Positions 18,426-28,007 of a DNA stretch of 40,219 bases are shown in pieces. Numbering within the stretch: the first letter of the stretch is position 1; each line of letters starts with the position of its first letter. The position numbers and the translations under genes were made by a program. Source of the DNA: an uncultured archaeon (lineage in GTDB: Archaea; Altiarchaeota; Altiarchaeia; IMC4; QMZM01); NCBI GenBank assembly GCA_964549685.1, contig CAZJVE010000010.1, forward strand, positions 1 through 40,219, written 5' to 3'. Under the pieces are notes generated by a model, which did not search any database, was not told the DNA's origin, and was given only the letters and a program-made list of their open reading frames with translations.

Positions 18426-19549
18426 GTACGCATAAGATAGCCCTCATACCGGGCGACGGAATCGGCCCTGAGATTATCAGGGAGGGGAGGAAGGTCATAG
18501 ACACTGTTAGCGAGATAGACGGCTTTGAGATTAACTGGACGGAGTATCCAATGGGGGCGGACCACTACCTTGAGACCGATGAGTTAGTGACTGAGGATAC
18601 CATGGAGGAAATGTCCTCGATGGACTCCATATACCTTGGAGCTCTTGGCGACCCCAGGATGAAACCAGGCGTTCTGGAAAAAGGAATCCTCCTGACCATG
18701 AGGTTCTACTTCGACCAGTACGTGAATCTGAGGCCGATAAAGCTCCTGGAGGGCGTGTGGTGCCCGTTAAAGGACAAAACCCCCAAGGACATCGACTTTG
18801 TCGTCGTAAGGGAGAATACGGAGGACTTTTATGTTGGAATAGGGAATAGATTAGACTCAGGCAAGAGCCAGAATCATCTGGAGGTGCTGAGAGAACTATA
18901 CACGGTAAAGTTCGACCTCGACATTGAGAATGACGATGAGATAGCCTATCAGATTGGCGTAATGTCCAGGAAAGGGGCGGAGCGTGTCATAAAATACGCC
19001 TTCGAGCTTGCAAAGAAGAGGGGCGATACAAAAGTAACGGCTGTGGACAAGGCGAACGTCCTTTCATACATCTACAACTTCTGGAGAGAGATTGTTGAGG
19101 AAACGAGCAGCCAGTATCCAGATATTGAGCATGAATTCAACCTGGTGGATGCGATAACGATGTGGTTCGTGAAGAACCCGGAATGGTTCCAGACCGTTGT
19201 CACTCCAAACATGTTCGGCGATATAATAACTGACCTTGGGGCGATGATTCAGGGCGGGATGGGTCTTGCTCCCGGAGGCAACATCAACCCGGACGGAATA
19301 TCAATGTTCGAGCCGATTCACGGCTCAGCCCCGAAGTATAAAGGCATGAACAGAGCAAATCCATTAGCTACAATCTGGGCAGGGGCCCTGATGCTCGATG
19401 AGATTGAGGAGGGTGAATCGGCCAAGAAGATTATAACGGCCATCGAGGACATCCTGAGGGAAGGCAAGGTCAAGACAAAGGACCTCGGCGGAGAGAACAC
19501 GTGCTCGGACATGGGCGATGCGGTAGTTGAGAAGCTGAAGGCTGAATAA
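18422..19549 (+). CDS. leuB: Isocitrate/isopropylmalate dehydrogenase family, probably 3-isopropylmalate dehydrogenase
   Basis: [46 protein letters not shown]. Exact substrate is uncertain. Confidence 0.8.
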   Translation: MSTHKIALIPGDGIGPEIIREGRKVIDTVSEIDGFEINWTEYPMGADHYLETDELVTEDTMEEMSSMDSIYLGALGDPRMKPGVLEKGILLTMRFYFDQYVNLRPIKLLEGVWCPLKDKTPKDIDFVVVRENTEDFYVGIGNRLDSGKSQNHLEVLRELYTVKFDLDIENDDEIAYQIGVMSRKGAERVIKYAFELAKKRGDTKVTAVDKANVLSYIYNFWREIVEETSSQYPDIEHEFNLVDAITMWFVKNPEWFQTVVTPNMFGDIITDLGAMIQGGMGLAPGGNINPDGISMFEPIHGSAPKYKGMNRANPLATIWAGALMLDEIEEGESAKKIITAIEDILREGKVKTKDLGGENTCSDMGDAVVEKLKAE

Positions 19550-20490
19550 TGGCAACCAAAGCATCAGCGCCAGGGAAGGTAATCCTTCTCGGCGAACATG
19601 CAGCAGTCTACGGAAACCCCGTCCTTGTAGCCACGGTCAACCTCAGAACCTATGTAACCGTCAGCAAAAGGGACGACGATAAATTTACTTTAAACAACAA
19701 CGCTACCCAGATAGAGAATCTGGAATTCACTCTTTCTGACATCCCAAAGCTGAAAAAGGAGTGGGGCACCCTCCTTACTGCAGAGTGTCTGGAGAAGACC
19801 TTCGCAAAGATTGGCAAGCATTCCGGCCTAGACATCCGGGTTACTTCCGAAGCCCCCGTCTCTTCCGGGCTTGGGAGCTCTGCCTCTGCTGCAGCGGCAA
19901 TGGTACTGGCAATCTCTAAGGAATTCGGCCACGAACTCAGCATGGAGGAGATAGCGAACCTCGCCTGGGACATCGAGAACATTGTCCATGGCAAGTCCTC
20001 GGGAGTCGACCCCTTCTCCGTAACCTTCGGCGGAGTTCTCAGGTATCAGAAAGGAAAGTTCAAGAAGCTGAAGGTGAAGAAGTATCCAAAGATTACGATA
20101 GGCAATACTGGCGTCATATCCAACACAGGGGATATCGTCATGGACGTCATGAGGGTGAAGGACGAATTCCCGAAGTTCTTCGAGAATTACCTGGAAGCAA
20201 TGGTTCACGTTGTCGACTACGGTCAGAAGTTCCTTGAGAAAGGCGACATCAAGAAGCTGGGCAGCATAATGAACGTCAACCATGGCCTGCTGTATTCAAT
20301 AGGCGTTTCCTCTCCGGAGCTGGACAGAATTGTCTGGGCGGCAAGGGAGAACTCCATAGGCTCAAAGCTTTGCGGCGCAGGAAGAGGCGGGATAATGATT
20401 GCCCTCGGCGATGCCAGCAGGCAGATTGAAGAAGCCGGCGGCTCTGTTGTCAAGACGGAAATCTGCGATGAGGGAGTCAGGGTCGAGTAG
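19549..20490 (+). CDS. mvk: Mevalonate kinase
   Basis: APGKVILLGEHAAVYG, P..SGLGSSA, HGKSSGVD, KLCGAGRGG. Confidence 0.93.
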   Translation: MATKASAPGKVILLGEHAAVYGNPVLVATVNLRTYVTVSKRDDDKFTLNNNATQIENLEFTLSDIPKLKKEWGTLLTAECLEKTFAKIGKHSGLDIRVTSEAPVSSGLGSSASAAAAMVLAISKEFGHELSMEEIANLAWDIENIVHGKSSGVDPFSVTFGGVLRYQKGKFKKLKVKKYPKITIGNTGVISNTGDIVMDVMRVKDEFPKFFENYLEAMVHVVDYGQKFLEKGDIKKLGSIMNVNHGLLYSIGVSSPELDRIVWAARENSIGSKLCGAGRGGIMIALGDASRQIEEAGGSVVKTEICDEGVRVE

Positions 20491-20494
20491 TTAT

Positions 20495-21412
20495 TTATTT
20501 TTTTACGCATTCATTTCCTTCATCCAGAATATTTAATAGAAAACTCCCCATTTCAGTTATAGACCATTTGGGATTTCTATTATTACCTTCGTTTCTGATC
20601 AGATTTTTTTTCTTAAGGCGAACAAAATACTCTCGTCTAAATCTCGATCTTATTTTGCCGAATTCCTTTTTTCTTTCTTTTTCCCTTTTTCCACGTAATT
20701 CATCAATCGCTTTCCTATCTTGATCATCACATATATTGTCTTTGGCTAAGGAATATATTATATTTTCTTGAGTGGTGCCTGCAGGATATTCGTCAATAAT
20801 TTTCAATGTAGATATGAATTTATCCTCAAGCGGTTTAATGTCAAAATTCTTGAGTTCTTTTATGGTTCCACTTTCGGGCCTCAAACCAATACTCAGAGGT
20901 GGATATTTTTTATGATCACTGGCCCCATCATTATAATCACAAATTCCATTTTTAGAGTTATAGAAACTGCAGTCCCTACCATATTTTTCTTCTGAATATT
21001 TTTCAGGTCGCACATAATAGGGAGTCCCCCCATACATCAAACACGCTAAAGTGCCTGCAACCGCAGATATTTTACTTCCTGTAGAGATATTTACATAAAC
21101 ATCATTTTTATCAACTTCTATTTCTTTCCTAATCAAAAAACACATTTTAGACATCATAGTTTGCAAATCAAAAAAATCTTCCTTAGAACCAACAGATATA
21201 GGATCTACTTTTGGGACTCTTGTTTCTAGTATTTTCCTAGCCTCTTGTAAACAATGATGGGCTCTCTTTTCCTTTCTTTCCAAAACTTCATCGTGTGTTA
21301 GTAGGTATACCAAATCTGCAGCTCCGTTTTCTTCTAAAAAAATTGGCTCTGTGACTCTTTCTATATCGTATCCAATAGGGACTATATGTACCTTCTTTTT
21401 AACAATCTTCAT
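20495..21412 (-). CDS. DUF6293/HFX_2341-type regulator: CARF-like Rossmann domain plus C-terminal winged HTH
   Basis: VHIVPIGYDIERV..P, VYLL, VYVNISTGSKI...GTLAC, PYYV.PEKY; wHTH end L.KKNLI..G....W.ITEMG. Confidence 0.8.
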   Translation of the reverse strand: MKIVKKKVHIVPIGYDIERVTEPIFLEENGAADLVYLLTHDEVLERKEKRAHHCLQEARKILETRVPKVDPISVGSKEDFFDLQTMMSKMCFLIRKEIEVDKNDVYVNISTGSKISAVAGTLACLMYGGTPYYVRPEKYSEEKYGRDCSFYNSKNGICDYNDGASDHKKYPPLSIGLRPESGTIKELKNFDIKPLEDKFISTLKIIDEYPAGTTQENIIYSLAKDNICDDQDRKAIDELRGKREKERKKEFGKIRSRFRREYFVRLKKKNLIRNEGNNRNPKWSITEMGSFLLNILDEGNECVKK

Positions 21413-21413
21413 T

Positions 21414-21441
21414 TTGTCGTTATTGTCGTATTTGTCGACAA
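21414..21441. promoter_or_regulatory. Three phased TTGTCG repeats ending in the palindrome TTGTCGACAA
   Basis: ttgtcgt-ta-ttgtcgt-at-ttgtcgacaa directly upstream of the regulator start. Confidence 0.5.
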
Positions 21442-21496
21442 GATAGTATATATTGATTGATTTCGAGTTATGATGTTGATTGAGTTCAGTCTATAG

Positions 21497-21519
21497 ATGT
21501 CAATTTCACTTATTGACAT
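21497..21519. promoter_or_regulatory. Inverted repeat ATGTCAAT-N7-ATTGACAT, candidate operator
   Basis: Perfect 8-bp arms between the divergent regulator and nuclease genes. Confidence 0.6.
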
Positions 21520-21545
21520 GATATTAGACAAAGAACTATAAATAC

Positions 21546-21836
21546 GTGGTAAAAATGAAATATGTAGTAAGAAAGGTACAAAGGATTTTGGACGGAGACA
21601 CCTTTATGGTGAAAAAAAAGATTTTAGGAAGCCAGTATGTACGGCTTGCTAATGTGAACACCCCTGAAAAGGGGAAACGAGGGTGGGAAAGAGCGATGCA
21701 TATCTTAAGGGGGATGATTGGGGGGAGGGAGGTAGTCATAATACCTGTTTCCAATGATAGATATGGACGAGTTGTTGCTGAGGTTATCAGACGAGGGACA
21801 AACATAAATAAAAGAATGCGAGCATTAGGGTACTGA
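21546..21836 (+). CDS. Minimal thermonuclease (staphylococcal nuclease OB-fold), no signal peptide
   Basis: V.RILDGDTF, VRLANVNTPE, DRYGRVVAEV, IN..M...GY. The C-terminal helix is absent. Confidence 0.85.
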   Translation: MVKMKYVVRKVQRILDGDTFMVKKKILGSQYVRLANVNTPEKGKRGWERAMHILRGMIGGREVVIIPVSNDRYGRVVAEVIRRGTNINKRMRALGY

Positions 21837-21837
21837 G

Positions 21838-22038
21838 GTGATAAAAATGGTAAACTCCCTTAAGATATTTGGGATTGGGGCAGCAGTAGGTACCTTAGGT
21901 ATTCTAGCTCTGCTCCTGATAGCGTTGCTGTCTATAGGCGAATCTGGATTTGCATTGATGGTTCTCCTATTAATTGGAGTCTTTGTCGTAGGAGGAGCAA
22001 TTGCTCTGGTGCTGAGAAGCGGCAGATACATATTTTGA
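21838..22038 (+). CDS. 66-aa two-TM membrane protein
   Basis: SD GAGGTG upstream, 1 nt after the nuclease stop, two hydrophobic helices. Confidence 0.7.
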   Translation: MIKMVNSLKIFGIGAAVGTLGILALLLIALLSIGESGFALMVLLLIGVFVVGGAIALVLRSGRYIF

Positions 22039-22052
22039 CAGGAAATAGGATA

Positions 22053-22187
22053 ATGGCGAATATAGATATAGGCACTGGATTTGGAGTGATAACGTTGGCT
22101 TTGTTCCTCTCTTGGATGGGAGATAAGACAAAGAAAGCTGCTTTGGTGCTTTTATTGGGTTTAGCTTTGGTGCTTTTACTACAATAA
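22053..22187 (+). CDS. 44-aa two-TM micro-protein not in the ORF track
   Basis: Hand translation MANIDIGTGFGVITLALFLSWMGDKTKKAALVLLLGLALVLLLQ*. AGGA upstream. Confidence 0.55.
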   Translation: MANIDIGTGFGVITLALFLSWMGDKTKKAALVLLLGLALVLLLQ

Positions 22188-22240
22188 GGTAAAGTATGTG
22201 AAAGGAATGCCGTATATCAATATATTGTTAGGGTTAATGC

Positions 22241-23131
22241 TCACTCCGTCGTAACCTCACACCCATCTGCAGTAACTATAACAGTATGCTCGAATTGACT
22301 CACAATGCCTTTCTCCTTTTCATGAAGAACGGGATATGCCTTCAGGATTCCGTCCTGGACCAGGTTCCTGAGCGCGAGGCTGAGTCTGAGCGGGCTTATC
22401 TTCTTGCTGAACCAGCGCTCTGCAAAGGGAAGCTCCTTCATCGGCTCAATCTCCTTCAGCAGGGCTCTTGCCTCCCGCATCCTGGTCGGCCTCTCCTCCA
22501 GGAGCGAGAATATCTCCGCCTTCTTTGACTCTATGACTCTGCCGTAGCCGTCGGTTGCAAAGGGTTCAATGGCTAAAACCATTCCCTCCTCGACCTCCCA
22601 GTCGTAAGGGACCTTGATGTTCGGAACGGAAAGGCCTGCATGAAGATCGTACTGCTTTACCTCATGACCAGTCAGGTTCTCTATGGGCTTGTAGCCCGCA
22701 TCAGTGATGGTTTTTTGGACTATGTCTCCGATATCAGATACGGAGGTTCCGGGCTTTATGAGAGAAATGGCGTTCTCCAATGCAAGTTCGTTGACCTCGA
22801 GCATCTTGCCGTAATTTCCTGACAAATCCACCGTGTAAGCAGTATCAGCGATAAAACCGTCGATATGGACTCCGAGGTCGACGGAGACTACATCTCCGGC
22901 CTGAATCAGCGTCTTGTCCTGAAAGCTTGGAGTATAGTGAGCAGTAATGTCATTGATGCAGACATTGGTCGGAAAGGCGAGCTCTCCTCCCTTTTCCCTG
23001 ATTTTGGCCTCAATCTTCTCTGCAACCTCGAGTATGTTTGCGCCTTCCTTAACCAGCGCCCTGCTCCACTCTCTAACATCGGAGGATATCTTCCCTGCCT
23101 CCCTGTAGGCTTTTAGCTCCTTCTCGTCCAT
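22241..23131 (-). CDS. map: Type II methionine aminopeptidase
   Basis: AFPTN, AHYTP, DLGVHIDG..ADTA, NLTGH, AIEPFAT, SQFEHT. Confidence 0.96.
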   Translation of the reverse strand: MDEKELKAYREAGKISSDVREWSRALVKEGANILEVAEKIEAKIREKGGELAFPTNVCINDITAHYTPSFQDKTLIQAGDVVSVDLGVHIDGFIADTAYTVDLSGNYGKMLEVNELALENAISLIKPGTSVSDIGDIVQKTITDAGYKPIENLTGHEVKQYDLHAGLSVPNIKVPYDWEVEEGMVLAIEPFATDGYGRVIESKKAEIFSLLEERPTRMREARALLKEIEPMKELPFAERWFSKKISPLRLSLALRNLVQDGILKAYPVLHEKEKGIVSQFEHTVIVTADGCEVTTE

Positions 23132-23165
23132 AATAAATACTTTAATCCAACATATTTATGTCAAT

Positions 23166-23816
23166 ATGGAAAGCGCGATTTGGATTGAACTGAAGAACGT
23201 TGTCGGAGCCCTGAACAGCGTGAGCGAGGTTATAGCACAGTACAAAGGGAATATAACCGGGATAGAACACATCGGCACTGGAAAGACCGTTCACATGTAT
23301 CTGGAGATGGAGGGGCTTAAGAACCTGGACAAGCTCATCAAAGACCTGGAGGGACTGGATATTGTGGTCTCAATCAGCACCGTTCCCGCCTTCAGTGATA
23401 TTTACGGTAAGAGAGTGATTGTCATCGGTGGGGGGGCTCAGGTGGCTGAGGTTGCAAAGGGTGCAATTTCTGAGGCAGACAGGCACAATCTTAGAGGGGA
23501 GAAGATTTCCGTCGATACAATCCCGCTGGTTGGAGAGGAGCATATAGCAGAGGCTGTAAGGGCAGTGGCAAGGCTTCCCAGGGCGAAGATTCTGATTCTT
23601 GCCGGCTCCATCATGGGAGGCGAAATCACGAAGGCCGTGAAGGAGATACAGAAGGAGGGAATCCTCGTGGTTTCATTGAAGATGGCCGGCTCTGTGCCGG
23701 AAGCAGCCGACCTCATAGTCTCCGACCCGATTCAGGCAGGGGTTATGGCTGTGATGGCAGTAGCCGACACAGCGAAGTTCAGGATAGACAAGGGAAAAAA
23801 GGGTAAGGTGTACTGA
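23166..23816 (+). CDS. ACT domain plus DUF5612 protein (conserved archaeal)
   Basis: N-terminal ACT (GAL..V..VIA...GNI); IYGKRVIVIGGGAQVAEVA.GAISEADRHNLRGEKISVDT. Confidence 0.85.
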   Translation: MESAIWIELKNVVGALNSVSEVIAQYKGNITGIEHIGTGKTVHMYLEMEGLKNLDKLIKDLEGLDIVVSISTVPAFSDIYGKRVIVIGGGAQVAEVAKGAISEADRHNLRGEKISVDTIPLVGEEHIAEAVRAVARLPRAKILILAGSIMGGEITKAVKEIQKEGILVVSLKMAGSVPEAADLIVSDPIQAGVMAVMAVADTAKFRIDKGKKGKVY

Positions 23817-24649
23817 TGACAAAGATTCCGTTCAGAAAGATGCATGGGACAGGGAATGATTTCATCCTGGTTGATGAATTCAATCATATCCTAGTTCCTG
23901 AGGAGAAGAAGCCGGAGTTCGTGGCAAGAATCTGCAAAAGGAACTTTGGAATCGGGGCTGACGGCATGATATTCGTGCAGCACTCCAACGAGCTGGATGC
24001 CAAATTCTCGTTCTATAACCCTGATGGAAGCAAGGCGGAGATGTGCGGCAACGGAATAAGGTGTTTTGCAAAGTACGTCTACGAACATACATTGCTGCAG
24101 GAGAAGACCCTGGAGGTCGAAACGCTGGCAGGGAAGATAGTGCCCGAGCTCACTGTAGTGGATGGAGTCGTCACTGAAGTGAGAGTGGACATGGGCCGGC
24201 CTGAGGTAGGATTCGTGGATAAGGAGATTGAAGTAGAGGAGGATTCATATAATGTTACTTCAGTGAGCATGGGGAACCCCCATGCAGTTCTCGTTTATGA
24301 TGATGTTGATGCAGTGGATGTTGTAGGTATCGGGAGAGCCATAAGGAATTTCACTGGGGAATTCCCCAGCGGAACGAACGTGCATTTCGTCCAGAAAATT
24401 AAAGATGGTGAATTCAAGATTCGTACTTATGAGCGGGGTGTCGAGGGCGAGACTCTTGCCTGCGGCACTGGGATTTCTGCAGCAGCAGTGACAATCTGGC
24501 TCAAGAAGCTCTCAGGTAGGAAGGAGTTTCTGTTCCATGCAAAGGGCGGGGACCTAAGGATAGAGCTGAATGTTGATGGTAAAAAAGTCAGCAAGGTATT
24601 CCTCATCGGCCCCGCGGAAGATGTCTTTACCGGAGAGGTAGAGTTATAA
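23816..24649 (+). CDS. dapF: Diaminopimelate epimerase
   Basis: [44 protein letters not shown]. Confidence 0.96.
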   Translation: MTKIPFRKMHGTGNDFILVDEFNHILVPEEKKPEFVARICKRNFGIGADGMIFVQHSNELDAKFSFYNPDGSKAEMCGNGIRCFAKYVYEHTLLQEKTLEVETLAGKIVPELTVVDGVVTEVRVDMGRPEVGFVDKEIEVEEDSYNVTSVSMGNPHAVLVYDDVDAVDVVGIGRAIRNFTGEFPSGTNVHFVQKIKDGEFKIRTYERGVEGETLACGTGISAAAVTIWLKKLSGRKEFLFHAKGGDLRIELNVDGKKVSKVFLIGPAEDVFTGEVEL

Positions 24650-25411
24650 TCTTACAGGAATTCCTTTCTCTTTCAGATACTTCTTTACCTCGGGAATCGG
24701 ATATTCCTCGTAGTGGAATATCGATGCTGCCAATGCTGCGTCGGCCTTCCCCTGGGTAAATGCTTCTAGGATGTGCTCCGGCTTTCCGACTCCGCCGGAT
24801 GCTATGACGGGGATGTTGACTGCCTCGGAGATTGTTCTTGTCAGCTCCAGGTCGTAGCCGTCCTTGGTCCCGTCCCGGTCCATGGATGTGAGAAGAATCT
24901 CTCCCGCTCCCAGCTCCTTGACCTTCTTTGCCCAGTCGACTGCATCGACCTCGGTTCTCTCCCTGCCGCCGTAGATGTAGCACTTCCAGGAATCCCCCTC
25001 TCTCTTAGCATCGATTGCGACCACAATGCACTGGTTGCCGAATTCCCTGGCGCCTTCTGAAACCAGGTCAGGGTTCTGGATTGCTGCCGTGTTTATTGAA
25101 ATCTTATCCGCTCCAGCCCTAAGAATCTTCTTCATGTCATCAGTACTTTTAATTCCTCCCCCCACGGTCAGGGGGATGAAGACCTCCTTGGCAGTCTCCT
25201 CGATGACGTGAATCATGGTCTCCCTCCTCTCATGAGAAGCAGTTATGTCAAGAAATACGAGTTCGTCAGCGCCTTCTTCAGAATATCTCCTGGCTAGTTC
25301 TGCGGGCTCTCCGGCATGCTTTATCTGCTTGAATTTGATGCCCTTCACGACCCTCCCCTCTGGGACGGAAAGGTCGCAGTCCAGGCACGGGATGATTCGC
25401 TTTGTTAGCAT
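24644..25411 (-). CDS. hisF: Imidazole glycerol phosphate synthase cyclase subunit
   Basis: [48 protein letters not shown]. Confidence 0.97.
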   Translation of the reverse strand: MLTKRIIPCLDCDLSVPEGRVVKGIKFKQIKHAGEPAELARRYSEEGADELVFLDITASHERRETMIHVIEETAKEVFIPLTVGGGIKSTDDMKKILRAGADKISINTAAIQNPDLVSEGAREFGNQCIVVAIDAKREGDSWKCYIYGGRERTEVDAVDWAKKVKELGAGEILLTSMDRDGTKDGYDLELTRTISEAVNIPVIASGGVGKPEHILEAFTQGKADAALAASIFHYEEYPIPEVKKYLKEKGIPVRL

Positions 25412-25412
25412 C

Positions 25413-26396
25413 CTACTTTTTACGGAACATCTTCCGGAGCTCTGCCCCTATCTTCTCTATCTGAAGCTCCTTGTCCTCCTCTCTCATTTTGCTGAGGTTT
25501 GGAAGGCCCTGCTTGTACTCGTTAATCCACTCCTGCGCGAACTTGTCGCTCTTTATGTCGGCAAGAATCTCTTTCATCGTCTCTCTGGTCTGTTCAGTTA
25601 TTATCCTCTCGCCCCTCGTCCTCCCACCGTATTCGGCAGTATTGGAGACGCATCTCCACATATATTCAAGACCGTCTGCCTGTATCAGGTCGGTAATCAG
25701 CTTCAATTCATGGAGCGTTTCGAAGTATGCAAGTTCGGGCTGATATCCTGCTTCAACCAAGGTATCGAAGGATGCCTTTATCATCTCGGTGACCCCACCA
25801 CATAAATCGACCTGCTCACCGAATAAATCGGTTTCTGTCTCCTCTGTGAAGGTGGTTTCAAGCACGCCGGCCCTTGTAGAGCCGATGGCCTTTGCAATCG
25901 CGAGAATCCTCTCCTTCGCCTTTCCACTGGAATCCTGTTCTACGGCAATCAGCGCCGGAGTTCCAAATCCGTCCTGGTAGGTCTTCCTGACAAGAACCCC
26001 TGGCCCCTTTGGAGCAACCATCATCACATCCACGAATTCGGGCGGCTTGATGGCCTTGAACCTTATGTTAAAGCCGTGGGAGAACATCAGAGCATTGCCC
26101 TCCTTGAGGCCGTTCTTTATCTCATTCTCATAGACCTGCGCCTGCACCTCATCCGGAATCAGGATATGGATTATGTCTGCCTTTTCGGCTGCCTCCGCTA
26201 TGGGAAGGGTCTCGAAGCCGTCCTCTTTTGCCTTATCAAAGCTCGCATCGCTCACCGAGCCTATAATCACGTCAAGACCTGAGTCCTTCATGTTCTGCGC
26301 CTGGGCAGAACCCTGGTTCCCGTAACCTATAATCGCAATCTTCAGCCCCTCAAGGACCGACAAATCCGCATCGTCATCATAATAAACCTTTACCAT
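25413..26396 (-). CDS. ilvC: Ketol-acid reductoisomerase
   Basis: [42 protein letters not shown]; SD GAGGTGA. Confidence 0.97.
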   Translation of the reverse strand: MVKVYYDDDADLSVLEGLKIAIIGYGNQGSAQAQNMKDSGLDVIIGSVSDASFDKAKEDGFETLPIAEAAEKADIIHILIPDEVQAQVYENEIKNGLKEGNALMFSHGFNIRFKAIKPPEFVDVMMVAPKGPGVLVRKTYQDGFGTPALIAVEQDSSGKAKERILAIAKAIGSTRAGVLETTFTEETETDLFGEQVDLCGGVTEMIKASFDTLVEAGYQPELAYFETLHELKLITDLIQADGLEYMWRCVSNTAEYGGRTRGERIITEQTRETMKEILADIKSDKFAQEWINEYKQGLPNLSKMREEDKELQIEKIGAELRKMFRKK

Positions 26397-26459
26397 TTTT
26401 TTCTCACCTCGCAGATAAAGTATATTGTATTTATCGCTAAAAATGGACTATAGTATAAT

Positions 26460-28007
26460 ATGAAGAGGCTGACCCTCTATCTGCTGATAGCCTTGGCACT
26501 GCTTTCTGTTGCCGTGTGCCTCAGGGAGCCGGGAATTCAGGATGATTCATCTCAGGTTGTTGCTGCAGCAACAAGTCCCCAATGGCCTCAATTCGGCTAT
26601 GACATTGCCAATGCTGCACAAAGCCCGTACACGGGGCCGCAGACGAATACATTAAAGTGGGATTTTCAACTTAATGGCTGGGGGAATTCGGCGGTTATAG
26701 ATGCGAACGGGACAGCGTATGTAGGTACGAACAGGGGCACTCTTTATGCGATAAACACGGACGGTTCTGAGAAGTGGAGCTTCCAATTGTCAGCTATAGA
26801 TGATGTTACGGGCCTAGACGACCAGGCCTACGGCACCATTAGCGGCCTCGCTTTGGGTTCGGACGGGACAATTTATCTTGGGCGGTCGCTTGGGCAAACC
26901 CAAGAAACCCAAAACACTCAAAATCAGAGACATCTGTATGCCTTCAATCCCGGCGGCAGCCAAGAATGGAACTTTTCAGTTGGAACTGGGGATATCACCA
27001 CCAACATTAAGGTTGCTTCAGATGGCACAATCTATTTTGGCACCCTGAAAGGGTTTAACGGGGGCAATACAACCCTTTATGCTGTAAATCCTGACGGCAC
27101 AGAGAAATGGTCAACCCTGCTCAGCCAGTCAGCAAGGATTTCATCCCCCGCTATTGCCAGTAACGGTACGATTTATGTGGGAAGTGAGAAATTTGTAGCG
27201 CTGACTCCCCAGGACGGTTCTGTGGAATGGGAATATAATATCCAGACTCCAACAGGGACAACCTTTGCTCCAGCCGTGGCAAGCGATGGAACGATATATG
27301 CTGCAGTGGCACAATGGGCGGATAATGACAGCAATAAAATCTTTGCCCTCAATCCAGATGGTACTAAAAAATGGGAACTAAGCGTAGGGACAATAGAAAC
27401 ATCCCCTGCCATCGCCTCGGATGGGACCATTTATGTTACCTCCTGGGTTGCGGCTGACTCTGACCCGGCCGTAAATACCGGCCTAACGGCCATCAGTCCC
27501 CAGGGCAGTGTAACATGGTCCTACGGACTTAATACAACCTATCCAGATTACCCCAGCATTTATGTGGGATGCGATTCTTCTCCCATTATTGGGGCTGACG
27601 GTATCATCTATTTTGGGTCAGACGCAGACAATATCTATGCCGTCAATCCTGATGGTACAACAAAATGGATTTTTACTGAAGGGGAATGTGGAGTAGACAC
27701 TTGTCTCTCAGAGTTTGACAATTCCCCTGCTATAGATGCAGAAGGTACATTGTATATCTGCCATGCCGGCGGTCCGGGAGCGAATGATACACATAGATGC
27801 TATGCGATAGGTGATGGTGGAGGGACGACGACCACTACAACGTCCACGACCACTATCTCAGATGAATGCGAGATAACTGGCGATTTCTATCCGTGCGACG
27901 GAGAGGTGAGTCTGGCGGAGGTTGTGGACATAGTCAGCAACTGGCTGAGCGGTCTCGCAGAGCTTGAGGAAGTGATAGAAGCGATAAATAACTGGGTAGG
28001 GGGCTGA
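26460..28007 (+). CDS. Secreted PQQ-like beta-propeller protein with Thr linker and C-terminal dockerin-like module
   Basis: Signal peptide; WPQFG; repeats SPAIASDGTIY..LYA.NPDG..KW; TTTTTTSTTT; ECEITGD..PCDGEVSLAEVVD. Confidence 0.88.
   Translation: MKRLTLYLLIALALLSVAVCLREPGIQDDSSQVVAAATSPQWPQFGYDIANAAQSPYTGPQTNTLKWDFQLNGWGNSAVIDANGTAYVGTNRGTLYAINTDGSEKWSFQLSAIDDVTGLDDQAYGTISGLALGSDGTIYLGRSLGQTQETQNTQNQRHLYAFNPGGSQEWNFSVGTGDITTNIKVASDGTIYFGTLKGFNGGNTTLYAVNPDGTEKWSTLLSQSARISSPAIASNGTIYVGSEKFVALTPQDGSVEWEYNIQTPTGTTFAPAVASDGTIYAAVAQWADNDSNKIFALNPDGTKKWELSVGTIETSPAIASDGTIYVTSWVAADSDPAVNTGLTAISPQGSVTWSYGLNTTYPDYPSIYVGCDSSPIIGADGIIYFGSDADNIYAVNPDGTTKWIFTEGECGVDTCLSEFDNSPAIDAEGTLYICHAGGPGANDTHRCYAIGDGGGTTTTTTSTTTISDECEITGDFYPCDGEVSLAEVVDIVSNWLSGLAELEEVIEAINNWVGG

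Larger units (their letters stand above)
20491..22240. other. AT-rich islet, likely horizontally acquired
   Basis: Visibly much more A/T-rich than the flanks, inserted between convergent mvk and map. No integrase or terminal repeats seen. Confidence 0.75.

Noticed and set aside
22140-22178. 15-bp direct repeat GCTTTGGTGCTTTTA as a target-site duplication
   Set aside because: Both copies are in frame inside the 44-aa ORF (ALVLL twice), and I saw no copy at the other islet boundary.
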